Assembly: GCA_963837955.1 (NCBI GenBank) | Contig: CAWIPH010000001.1 | Coordinates: 160,001-224,000 of the forward strand | Direction: 5' to 3' | Origin: an uncultured Verrucomicrobiae bacterium | GTDB lineage: Bacteria > Verrucomicrobiota > Verrucomicrobiia > Chthoniobacterales > JAFAMB01 | Length of the DNA stretch: 64,000 nucleotides | Part shown: piece after piece, positions 47,319 through 55,729 of the stretch | Numbering within the stretch: the stretch's first letter is position 1 | Layout: each line of letters opens with the position of its first letter | The notes under the pieces: model-generated | What the model was told of the DNA's origin: nothing | What the model saw: the letters and a program-made list of their open reading frames with translations, nothing else | Database searches by the model: none | Translations under genes and position numbers: made by a program

Positions 47319-48820
47319 TGGAGCCAACTATCAACTGGGTAGCAGTCAGCATTTTTGTTTTTTTCTTCGCGCTTGTTACCGTTTTAGGATTTCTCGCCGC
47401 GCGCTGGAGAGCCGGTAACCTCAATCTTCTGCACGAATGGGGGTTGGGTGGACGACGGTTTGGCATTCTCATCACCTGGTTTCTCGTGGGCGGTGACTTC
47501 TACACGGCCTACACGATGATTGCGGTTCCAGCACTTGTGTTCGCGGTCGGCGCTTACGGTTTTTTCGCGCTTCCCTACACCATTATCGTTTATCCAATTG
47601 TGTTCGCGATCATGCCGCGGCTCTGGCAGATCTGCCGGCGCCACGAATACATAACAGCGGCGGATTTCGTCCATGGCCGCTACCGTAGTACGGGGCTCGC
47701 TTCGGTCGTGGCTCTGACTGGGTTGCTGGCTACAATGCCATATATCGCTCTTCAGTTGGTGGGCATGCGCGTGGTGATCGAGGCGATGGGCTTCAAGGGA
47801 GAAATCCCGCTGATCGTCGCATTCTTGATTCTAGCGGTATACACCTACTCGAGTGGCCTGCGGGCTCCTGCCATGATCGCCTTCGTGAAGGACATCATGA
47901 TCTATATCGTTGTCTTGGCGGCCGTAATTGTCATCCCAATGCAACTGGGTGGGTATGGCGCAATTTTCGAAGCGGCCGCTCGAAGCTTCGCGGCGAAAGG
48001 CGGGGCGACGGGACTTACATTGCAACCGAATCAGATACTGCCATTTTCGTCGTTAGCTTTCGGTTCAGCCTTAGCTGCGTTTATGTATCCGCACACGCTG
48101 ACTGGCGTGCTCAGCGCAAGCAGCTCCAATAGCATCCGTTGGAACGCAATTCTGCTGCCGGCTTATACGGTTTTGCTCGGCTTAATTGCACTCCTCGGTT
48201 ATATGGCGATCGCTGCCGGGATCCACACAACCAATAACAACTCAGTCGTTCCACTCCTGTTCCTGAAAATGTTTCCGGATTGGTTTGTTGGGTTCAGTTT
48301 TGCTGCGATCGCTATCGGCGCTCTGGTTCCCGCGGCGATTATGTCAATCGGCGCGGCGAACCTATTTACGCGCAACTTTTGGAAAGTATTTGTCAATCGC
48401 AATCTCTCGCCAGCCGGCGAGTCGAAGGTGGCGAAGATATTCTCGCTGATCGTCAAAATCGGCGCGCTACTCTTTGTATTGTGTGTGCCGCTCGAATACG
48501 CAATCGACCTACAACTACTAGGTGGTATCTGGATCCTCCAAACATTTCCTGCGGTCGTGCTCGGCTTATACCGGACTAGGCTGCATCACACACCCCTGCT
48601 GGTCGGTTGGGTCGCCGGGATGTTAGTCGGATCCTGGCTCTTCGTGGCTGCTAGCCTGAAACCGGTCTTCGTATTCCATTTGGGAGCTCAGACCTGGCCA
48701 ATTTACTCCGGATTGATTGCACTTGCTGTCAACCTTTTGATCAGTTTCGGTGGCTCCTTGTTCTTAACGAGCAGAGCGCATGAGGCCACCGACCATGCGA
48801 CGGTGCATCAAATGACGTAA
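47318..48820 (+). CDS. Sodium:solute symporter, MctP-like (paralog 2)
   Basis: Same motifs as paralog 1; translationally coupled to the DUF3311 gene. Confidence 0.92.
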   Translation: MEPTINWVAVSIFVFFFALVTVLGFLAARWRAGNLNLLHEWGLGGRRFGILITWFLVGGDFYTAYTMIAVPALVFAVGAYGFFALPYTIIVYPIVFAIMPRLWQICRRHEYITAADFVHGRYRSTGLASVVALTGLLATMPYIALQLVGMRVVIEAMGFKGEIPLIVAFLILAVYTYSSGLRAPAMIAFVKDIMIYIVVLAAVIVIPMQLGGYGAIFEAAARSFAAKGGATGLTLQPNQILPFSSLAFGSALAAFMYPHTLTGVLSASSSNSIRWNAILLPAYTVLLGLIALLGYMAIAAGIHTTNNNSVVPLLFLKMFPDWFVGFSFAAIAIGALVPAAIMSIGAANLFTRNFWKVFVNRNLSPAGESKVAKIFSLIVKIGALLFVLCVPLEYAIDLQLLGGIWILQTFPAVVLGLYRTRLHHTPLLVGWVAGMLVGSWLFVAASLKPVFVFHLGAQTWPIYSGLIALAVNLLISFGGSLFLTSRAHEATDHATVHQMT

Positions 48821-48965
48821 ATTGAATGTGCCAGTCCGCGTTGTCGAAGCCAAAAAAACCTCCTGGCCGACCTTTTGTGGTTCGGGAGTTCCTTCGGGAT
48901 CGAGCCCAAGCCTGCCGGGAACTCCTTGGACTAAAAAACCAGTGACAATACGACTGGGCATATGC

Positions 48966-48998
48966 TTGACACGTTAGTTTGATGACTGTTAAGTCATC
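48966..48998 (+). promoter_or_regulatory. Sigma-70-like promoter with overlapping palindrome
   Basis: TTGACA at 48966; GATGACT-gtta-AGTCATC (48981-48998) covers the expected -10 region. Confidence 0.55.
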
Positions 48999-49027
48999 TA
49001 GCACCCCCCCACCGTTCAAACCCCCAA

Positions 49028-50323
49028 ATGAACTATTCACATCCCTCCCACAGGCGTATTCTGCCTAAATATCTTCTGGCAGCTGCTGCTGCATTTTTGT
49101 TGCCCGCCATGCTGCAGGCTGCTGGTGTTACCGTCCGTATTCTCGGCGACTCCGATGTCGGGGCAGGCGGAAAGTGGATGCGAGGTGTGGCCCAAGAGTG
49201 GGCCCAAAAGACCGGAAACACACTCGAATACATTAATCGGCCGAAAGACGCCTCCGCCACCTTGCAACAGTGTCAGCAGTACTGGGCTGCCCATAGCGCG
49301 GACGTCGATGTCTACATGATTGACGTCATCTGGCCGGGAATCGCGGCCCCGCACGCCGTCGATCTGAAAAAATATTATAAGGACGACGAGATTAAACAGT
49401 TCTTTCCGCGAATAATCGAAAATAACATTGTCGGCGGAAAGCTAATTTCGATCCCTTTCTTTACGGATGCCGGACTCCTCTACTATCGAACGGACTTGTT
49501 GAAGAAGTATGGTTATAGCGAGCCGCCTAAGACCTGGGAAGAACTCGCCGAAATGGCTAAGAAGATTCAGGATGGCGAAAGGAAAGAGGGCAAAGCCGAC
49601 TTCCAAGGATTCGTCTTCGAAGGCACGGCCAGTGAAAGCATTACTTGTAACGCGGTCGAATGGATTTACAGCTTTGGCGGCGGCTCCGTGATCGAACCCG
49701 ACAAAAAAATCACGATCAACAATCCGAACGCGATCAAGGCGCTAGACACCGCAAAAAGCTGGGTTGGATCAATTTCTCCCCGGGGGGTCACCACCTATCA
49801 AGAAGATGACGCACGGAACGTCTGGCAGCAAGGCAACGCAGCCTTTATGCGCAACTGGCCGTATGCGTACGGTCTCGGCAACGCTCCGGACAGCGTCATT
49901 GCGGGCAAGTTTGATATCGTGGTTCTTCCGAAGGGTGGACCGAGCGGCAAGAATGCTGCCTGTTTGGGAGGATGGAACCTTATGGTGTGCGCTTACTCCA
50001 AAAATCCAGACGTAGCTGCGGATTTGGTTAAATACCTTAGCTCGACGGAGATCCAGAAGAGACACGCAACTGAGATCAATCTGCTGCCAACCCGCCCGGA
50101 ACTGTATAAAGACCAAGAGGTACTGGCTAAGAATCCGGCTTTTGCGAGGATTCTGGATGTGCTGAATAATGCGGTCGCTCGACCATCTACCGTCACGGGA
50201 TCTGATTACGGCCAGATCTCAGCCGCGCTATACCAAAACGCCAACAAAGTGCTGAACGGGGAGGAAACCGGCCAGCAAGCTGTCTCTGCAATTGAGCGAG
50301 TCGCTAAAGGAGTGATGCAATAA
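49028..50323 (+). CDS. Sugar ABC transporter substrate-binding protein (trehalose/maltose-like)
   Basis: Signal peptide; IDVIWPG, PFFTDAGLLYYRTDLL, AAFMRNWPYA, LGGWNL. Confidence 0.9.
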   Translation: MNYSHPSHRRILPKYLLAAAAAFLLPAMLQAAGVTVRILGDSDVGAGGKWMRGVAQEWAQKTGNTLEYINRPKDASATLQQCQQYWAAHSADVDVYMIDVIWPGIAAPHAVDLKKYYKDDEIKQFFPRIIENNIVGGKLISIPFFTDAGLLYYRTDLLKKYGYSEPPKTWEELAEMAKKIQDGERKEGKADFQGFVFEGTASESITCNAVEWIYSFGGGSVIEPDKKITINNPNAIKALDTAKSWVGSISPRGVTTYQEDDARNVWQQGNAAFMRNWPYAYGLGNAPDSVIAGKFDIVVLPKGGPSGKNAACLGGWNLMVCAYSKNPDVAADLVKYLSSTEIQKRHATEINLLPTRPELYKDQEVLAKNPAFARILDVLNNAVARPSTVTGSDYGQISAALYQNANKVLNGEETGQQAVSAIERVAKGVMQ

Positions 50324-50348
50324 GCCAAACTTTTCCTGGACTGCAGAA

Positions 50349-51236
50349 ATGGCCAAGGAAATCGACCTCTACGCGCGGCAGAAACGCTTAGCGTGGTTCT
50401 TAATTACCCCTGCCGTTCTCGTCGTCCTTTTAATTGTCGCTTATCCGCTCATCCAAGTCTTCTATACTTCATTCTTACGGGCGAAGCTTGACGGATCGAT
50501 TCCGCCAAGCTTTGTCGGGTTGGGAAATTACATAAAGGTTTTCAACGACCCGGATTGGTGGAGCGCCGTTTGGGTTACTCTCGTTTTCACCTTTTTTTCT
50601 ATCGTCATCGAGACGGTGCTGGGATTGGGTATCGCGCTGGTAGCGAATTCCAAATTTCGCGGACGGACATTCCTGCGAGTCGCTGTTCTGGTTCCCTGGG
50701 CGATTCCGACGGTCGTCTCCTCACAAATTTGGAGATGGATGTTTAATGATATTTCGGGAGTCGTGAACGTTTTAGGTGTCAACCTGCACCTGCTATCAGA
50801 GAAGGTTGCCTGGCTGGCTACCCCAGCTACAGCGCTTCCAATCATTATCGCCGTGGACGTGTGGAAAACGACGCCATTTATGTCGCTGCTCCTCCTGGCC
50901 GGGCTGCAGCTAATCCCAAAAGATCTTTACGAAGCCGCCTCGATCGACGGAGCAAGCCCTTTGCGAAAATTTTGGTCGGTCACGTTTCCCCTGGTGTTAC
51001 CGACACTGTTAGTCGCGCTCATTTTTCGCACCCTCGACGCGTTACGCGTATTCGACATCTTTTACGTGATGGTCCAAGGCCAACAGGGCTTGCAAACGAT
51101 GGCCGTTTACAACCAGCTGCAGCTGACCCTTTTTAACAACGCGGGACTCGGGTCGGCAACCTCTGTCATCATTCTTTTGATCATCATGACTTTCGTCGTG
51201 ATGTACACACGTCTTAGCAAGACAAGCTTCGAATGA
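50349..51236 (+). CDS. Sugar ABC transporter permease (MalF-like)
   Basis: FVGLGNY, PWAIP, DVWKTTPF, LYEAASIDGA. Confidence 0.92.
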   Translation: MAKEIDLYARQKRLAWFLITPAVLVVLLIVAYPLIQVFYTSFLRAKLDGSIPPSFVGLGNYIKVFNDPDWWSAVWVTLVFTFFSIVIETVLGLGIALVANSKFRGRTFLRVAVLVPWAIPTVVSSQIWRWMFNDISGVVNVLGVNLHLLSEKVAWLATPATALPIIIAVDVWKTTPFMSLLLLAGLQLIPKDLYEAASIDGASPLRKFWSVTFPLVLPTLLVALIFRTLDALRVFDIFYVMVQGQQGLQTMAVYNQLQLTLFNNAGLGSATSVIILLIIMTFVVMYTRLSKTSFE

Positions 51237-52123
51237 ATAACCAAAACGCGAAACCCGCAGACGCGAAAACCATAGCCTTACGCTGGCTGTTTTATTTCCT
51301 GGTCGCGATCATCTTGATTTTCAATCTGTTCCCATTTTTGTGGTCGGTTTATTCCTCGTTTCGTCCGAGCAATCAGCTGTTTTCGTCCGATCTGTTGCCG
51401 CAGTTTTCGCAGGGCGGAAAACTAAGCTTGTCGAACGCTTTCACTCTCGAACATTTTCAGACCATCTTCGCAGATCCCCGCTTTGTCGGAAGCCTCTGGA
51501 ATTCCCTTATCGTTGCTGGTTCAACGGTCCTTCTGGCGCTCGCCCTGGGTAGTGTTTGCGCCTACGCGTTAGGGCGTCTGCCGTTTCGATTTAAGGGACC
51601 AGTTTTGTATCTGGTTCTGACGATGACGATGTTCCCGCAGATCGCCGTGCTCTCGGGTCTCTTCGTGATGCTAAAGTCGCTCAACCTCTTCAACAGCCGG
51701 CCTGGGTTGATCTTGACGTATTTGATCTTTACGATGCCGTTCACGATCTGGGTAATGACCCAATATTTTCGAAGTCTACCGAAAGAGCTGGAGGAAGCCG
51801 CCTATGTGGACGGGGCTTCCCCTCTGAAAGTTTTCTGGCAAATTTTGCTCCCGTTGACCATGCCTGGGCTCATTTCGACCGGTTTGTTGGCGTTTATCGC
51901 GGCTTGGAACGAATTTTTGTTCGCACTCACATTCACTATCACAGACACGATGAAGACCGTTCCGGTCGTGATATCTCAGTTCAGTGGCGTCGATCCTCGG
52001 CAACAGCCTTGGGGAGAGATCATGGCAGCCTCGATGATCGTCACCGTGCCATTGGTAATCCTCGTTCTGATTTTCCAATACCGTATCGTCGAAGGTCTCA
52101 CCGCTGGCGCGGTCAAAGGCTAA
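51233..52123 (+). CDS. Sugar ABC transporter permease (MalG-like)
   Basis: NSLIVA, ELEEAAYVDGA, WNEFLFA, GLTAGAVKG. Confidence 0.92.
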   Translation: MNNQNAKPADAKTIALRWLFYFLVAIILIFNLFPFLWSVYSSFRPSNQLFSSDLLPQFSQGGKLSLSNAFTLEHFQTIFADPRFVGSLWNSLIVAGSTVLLALALGSVCAYALGRLPFRFKGPVLYLVLTMTMFPQIAVLSGLFVMLKSLNLFNSRPGLILTYLIFTMPFTIWVMTQYFRSLPKELEEAAYVDGASPLKVFWQILLPLTMPGLISTGLLAFIAAWNEFLFALTFTITDTMKTVPVVISQFSGVDPRQQPWGEIMAASMIVTVPLVILVLIFQYRIVEGLTAGAVKG

Positions 52124-52257
52124 AGTCGACGGTAGGTGCGTGAACGTCGGTAATTTTCATTGACGGCCTGAGACTGGTTCGGCACCTTTCGGGTTCGCTC
52201 GAACGACCCCGCCGTTTTGGCACGCAATAAATAAACCGTATAGTTCACCAAATTATC

Positions 52258-52611
52258 ATGAAAGCTCTCTCTCTTGTTCGATTCGTTCGGACAGCCGCAC
52301 TGACCTTGGTGGCTGCCTTTTCCGTCTTCGCGCTTTCTGCTCGCGCGTTCGCCGATGACCTGCCCAGTTTTGCCGATCCCGATGTCAACACCTTCGTCAA
52401 GACCTACGCCCAATTTGTAGATGACTACATTACTGCATTGAAGGCGGCGAAGGCCGGCGACACGTCTAAACTAGCGGGTGTCCAAACCAAAGCGACCGAT
52501 CTCCAGTCGCAAGCGACTTTAGCAGCCGGAAAACTGAAACCCGACGAGTCCGACAAGTTTCAGAAGTTTGTTGCGACCTGCTCCCAAAAGATCACCGACG
52601 CTGTCAAGTAA
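52258..52611 (+). CDS. Secreted helical hypothetical protein
   Basis: Signal peptide ending AFA; short alpha-helical mature region. Confidence 0.7.
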   Translation: MKALSLVRFVRTAALTLVAAFSVFALSARAFADDLPSFADPDVNTFVKTYAQFVDDYITALKAAKAGDTSKLAGVQTKATDLQSQATLAAGKLKPDESDKFQKFVATCSQKITDAVK

Positions 52612-52946
52612 GCCGGTGTTCTCGGGAAGAGCGAAGTGTCTTTTCTCGATTGCTGATTAGATGATCGACGTTGAGAGATTGGTGGTGCCACCCCGCGGAC
52701 CGCCAATCCGATGGAGTTCTGCCCGGTCTATTTCTTCGAGCTTCCCCCAAGATTCGTGTCCACGCCTGGGCGTCGGGTCATTCCGCGACGCCAGCGACTG
52801 AGATTTTGAAATAGCCGTCGACGGGATTTGCTCGACCGATTATTCTTTAATTCCGGCCCTCCGCTGCGAAGTAGTCGATCGCATAATTTCCCTCCGGAGA
52901 AGTTTGATGTTTATCGCGTATTGACGACGGCGACTCGGTCCTACAT

Positions 52947-53948
52947 ATGCCATTCCAAGTCGAGGCAAGAGAAACCCTACGCGAAGCGATCTTGCGAACT
53001 CGCAACGAACGTTTGGACAGAGCTATCGCTGCGTTGCAAAGCAAACCCGAACCATCGCCGGAAGCTATTCACGATGCACGCAGGGAGTTCAAACGCTTGC
53101 GTTCTCTCGTGCGGCTTGGTCGCGGCTCCATGGACAAATTGGTACGGAACCGGGAAGACCAAGCGCTGCGCAACGCCGGCCGCGCATTGGCCCAGAGTCG
53201 CGATGCTTCGGCCCTGCTGGAAACGATAGAGACAGTTTTCGGAAACTTGACGCCGGAAGACCGGAAGAGCCGGCGCATTTCTCCAGAGGGCCAGAAATTA
53301 CTTCAACAAATTTGCCAGGAATTGCGCAAAGACGCCTGTCGTACACTGGACCCGATGGAAATCAAAGCTACGGTGAAACTCCTCCGGGACATGAAGCGGC
53401 GCATTTGGTTGCCAACTTTGCCTTCACCGGAAGATTGGTATGCGACAGTTGGCGAAGGCCTCCAGCGAACATACCGACAAGGGAGAGAGCTGTTCGCCGT
53501 TTCCCAATCGATCGGCCTCCTCAATGCTAGTGACGAGCTCTGGCATGAAACTCGCAAAAGGACCAAGACGCTTGGTTATCAACTGCGCTTCCTGCGGAAG
53601 ATTTGGCCCGGAACCTTAAACGCTATCGCGGAACAACTCGAGGAGCTATCTGAGCGCTTGGGAGAAGATCACGATCTCGCTCTGGTTCGGCTTCGATTGA
53701 CTCAAATCGCGTTGCCGGAGGCTGAGTTCGAACCGTTTTCCATCGCTCGACTGAATCTCATTCGAGCAATCGATCGGCGGAGGCGCAGGCTGCAAAACGA
53801 GGCCTTAAGGAAAAGTCAGTTAGTTTACCTCGAGCAACCCCGTCGGTTTCTGAAGCGTATCCATTGCTACTGGGAGTGCTGGCAATCTCAGCGCCCCCAG
53901 TCCGCCCCGGCAATCCCGGTTCAACCCGCCAATTCGGCATTGGCGTAA
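52947..53948 (+). CDS. CHAD domain protein (polyphosphate-binding)
   Basis: IHDARREFKRLRS, SRD, WHETRKRTK, LGEDHDL. Confidence 0.9.
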   Translation: MPFQVEARETLREAILRTRNERLDRAIAALQSKPEPSPEAIHDARREFKRLRSLVRLGRGSMDKLVRNREDQALRNAGRALAQSRDASALLETIETVFGNLTPEDRKSRRISPEGQKLLQQICQELRKDACRTLDPMEIKATVKLLRDMKRRIWLPTLPSPEDWYATVGEGLQRTYRQGRELFAVSQSIGLLNASDELWHETRKRTKTLGYQLRFLRKIWPGTLNAIAEQLEELSERLGEDHDLALVRLRLTQIALPEAEFEPFSIARLNLIRAIDRRRRRLQNEALRKSQLVYLEQPRRFLKRIHCYWECWQSQRPQSAPAIPVQPANSALA

Positions 53949-54379
53949 CGCCGATCACCCGTAACTTCTCGGCCAAACCACGAGGGCGGCGCGAACATGC
54001 CAGCTTCGGACTCGGACGAAAACTCTACTTCGACCGTCTGGAGGCCTGACCGAGGGCCCTGGTAAACATCCAGTTCCGCTGTATGCCCGCTCTCGAGAGG
54101 AATCCGGTAGCGCCTCTTCAAGACCCGTCGTCCTTCGGTCAGTGACCACAATTGCAAGAACTGGTCCGGGGCGATCGGGAATTCGATTTCCAGCCGCGTA
54201 GGAGCGGTTCCACTTTTCACAGTCAGAAAACAATCCGTTCCGTTGACACGACGAATCCGCACTTCAACCGGTACCTCCGGGGGATTCTGGAAAGTCAGGT
54301 ATCCTTGTTCAATCAGTGCGTCGGCCGGAAGCGGTGGCACTTTTTCCGCGACGACCAGAAACTTTCGCTCGATTTCCAT
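53921..54379 (-). CDS. CYTH domain protein (triphosphate tunnel metalloenzyme)
   Basis: MEIERKFLV, QGYL, VRIR, ELDVY, VEVEF, WFGREVT...Y.N..L. Confidence 0.92.
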   Translation of the reverse strand: MEIERKFLVVAEKVPPLPADALIEQGYLTFQNPPEVPVEVRIRRVNGTDCFLTVKSGTAPTRLEIEFPIAPDQFLQLWSLTEGRRVLKRRYRIPLESGHTAELDVYQGPRSGLQTVEVEFSSESEAGMFAPPSWFGREVTGDRRYANAELAG

Positions 54380-54791
54380 CGCGACCACAATACGACTCGT
54401 CTTTGTCACGCGCTTTCAGCGCTTGACCGCGTGTATATTCTTGTTCCTAGGGCTTCTAGGCTATCCTGAATCTCGGCTTCCGACTTCGCAATCCCTTCAC
54501 CGGCGATTCGAATTATCACCCCAGGCTTCGTCGGACGCGTCGCGGCTGAAGACTCGCTCATCAATTGTGATAAAGCGAAGTCCGACAGCCTGCTAGGTTA
54601 TCCTGAATCGCGCCTTCTCTCCTTCGCCAAGCCTTGCGACTTCGCCGACAGTCAACCGTCGCTCGAACATCGGGAAGCAGCTTAGTCGAACACGTCGGCG
54701 GGACAGGTCGCTCTCCCTGCCAAGTGACAAAGCATGAGCGAAGACGCCGATTCGCATGTGCGAATTGTGCCAAGCTCCTACGAAGGATCCC

Positions 54792-55031
54792 TCAAGGCTG
54801 GGAGGGCGGGGTCGGACTGGACGGTGGGGTCGGACTAGGGGGAGCGTTGAGCTCTACCTTCGGCAGATTTATGTTCTTCAGCTGATCACCAAGGGACTTT
54901 ATCTCCGATTCCAGAGCCGCCGTCTGCTGCTTAAGCTGCATACTGAAGTTATCCCGATTAGAATTCGGCAAATACAACATTGCCACACCACCAACGATCA
55001 ACCCTAAGAGAAAAGCGATTAATGCTCTCAT
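54792..55031 (-). CDS. Small membrane-anchored coiled-coil protein with Pro-rich tail
   Basis: N-terminal TM helix, coiled coil, PPSPTPP tail. Confidence 0.6.
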   Translation of the reverse strand: MRALIAFLLGLIVGGVAMLYLPNSNRDNFSMQLKQQTAALESEIKSLGDQLKNINLPKVELNAPPSPTPPSSPTPPSQP

Positions 55032-55223
55032 GCTGTGGCTATTTTAGAGAACCTATCGCGAAACGACAGCAAATCCTGCTCGGATGAGGTTAAAGGTTAG
55101 CGGCTGACCGCTGGGCGTTTACGGTTTCTGGTAAGCCTTCCGGGCGGTCGGGAGCTAGAAGCCTTACCGAAGTTGGACAGCGACGGCATTTGCGTTCGAG
55201 CCGAAGCTTGGCGATCGTTCTCC

Positions 55224-55667
55224 GTGAACCGCAAAACCCAAGCAATCCGGCTGCGCCGCCTGCAAGGCAGGCTTGGTGAAGTAGCCTACGAAATCACTAA
55301 GGTGCATTTCGAGCGATTTCGCCATGCCGAGCCCACTTGGCAACCGGCGGTAAATTTTTTCCAGTGTAATCACTGCTTCCGGATTTGCGTGGAATTGGCC
55401 GGAGTCGATCCGCAGGATGTTGAGCTTACGGTGCAGCCCGGTCGTTTGATAATTCGCGGGCATCGGGCTCCACCAGAGCCGCGCTCTGGTGACGATCCGG
55501 GCCAAGAGCTTCCTTTGAAGACACTGCGCCTCTTGGCCATGGAAATCGATTACGGCCGTTTCGAGCGTTCCCTCGCCCTCCCTGAGGACACCGATATCGG
55601 TCGAATCGCAACGGCTTGGGATAACGGAATTCTCTGGATCGAAATCGCGCGTCTGCGCCACGCATAA
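55224..55667 (+). CDS. Hsp20/alpha-crystallin family protein
   Basis: WQPAVN, VELAGV, MEIDYGRFERSLALP, NGILWI. Confidence 0.88.
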   Translation: MNRKTQAIRLRRLQGRLGEVAYEITKVHFERFRHAEPTWQPAVNFFQCNHCFRICVELAGVDPQDVELTVQPGRLIIRGHRAPPEPRSGDDPGQELPLKTLRLLAMEIDYGRFERSLALPEDTDIGRIATAWDNGILWIEIARLRHA

Positions 55668-55729
55668 CCTTACGGTGGGTCGAAGTTCGCCTCGGCGGAT
55701 ACCAGTAGGTATGACCCTCATTACACATC

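Noticed and set aside
52218..52233. TGGCACG upstream of the ORF at 52258 as a sigma-54 promoter
   Set aside because: No GC at the -12 position (TGGCACGCAATAAATA).
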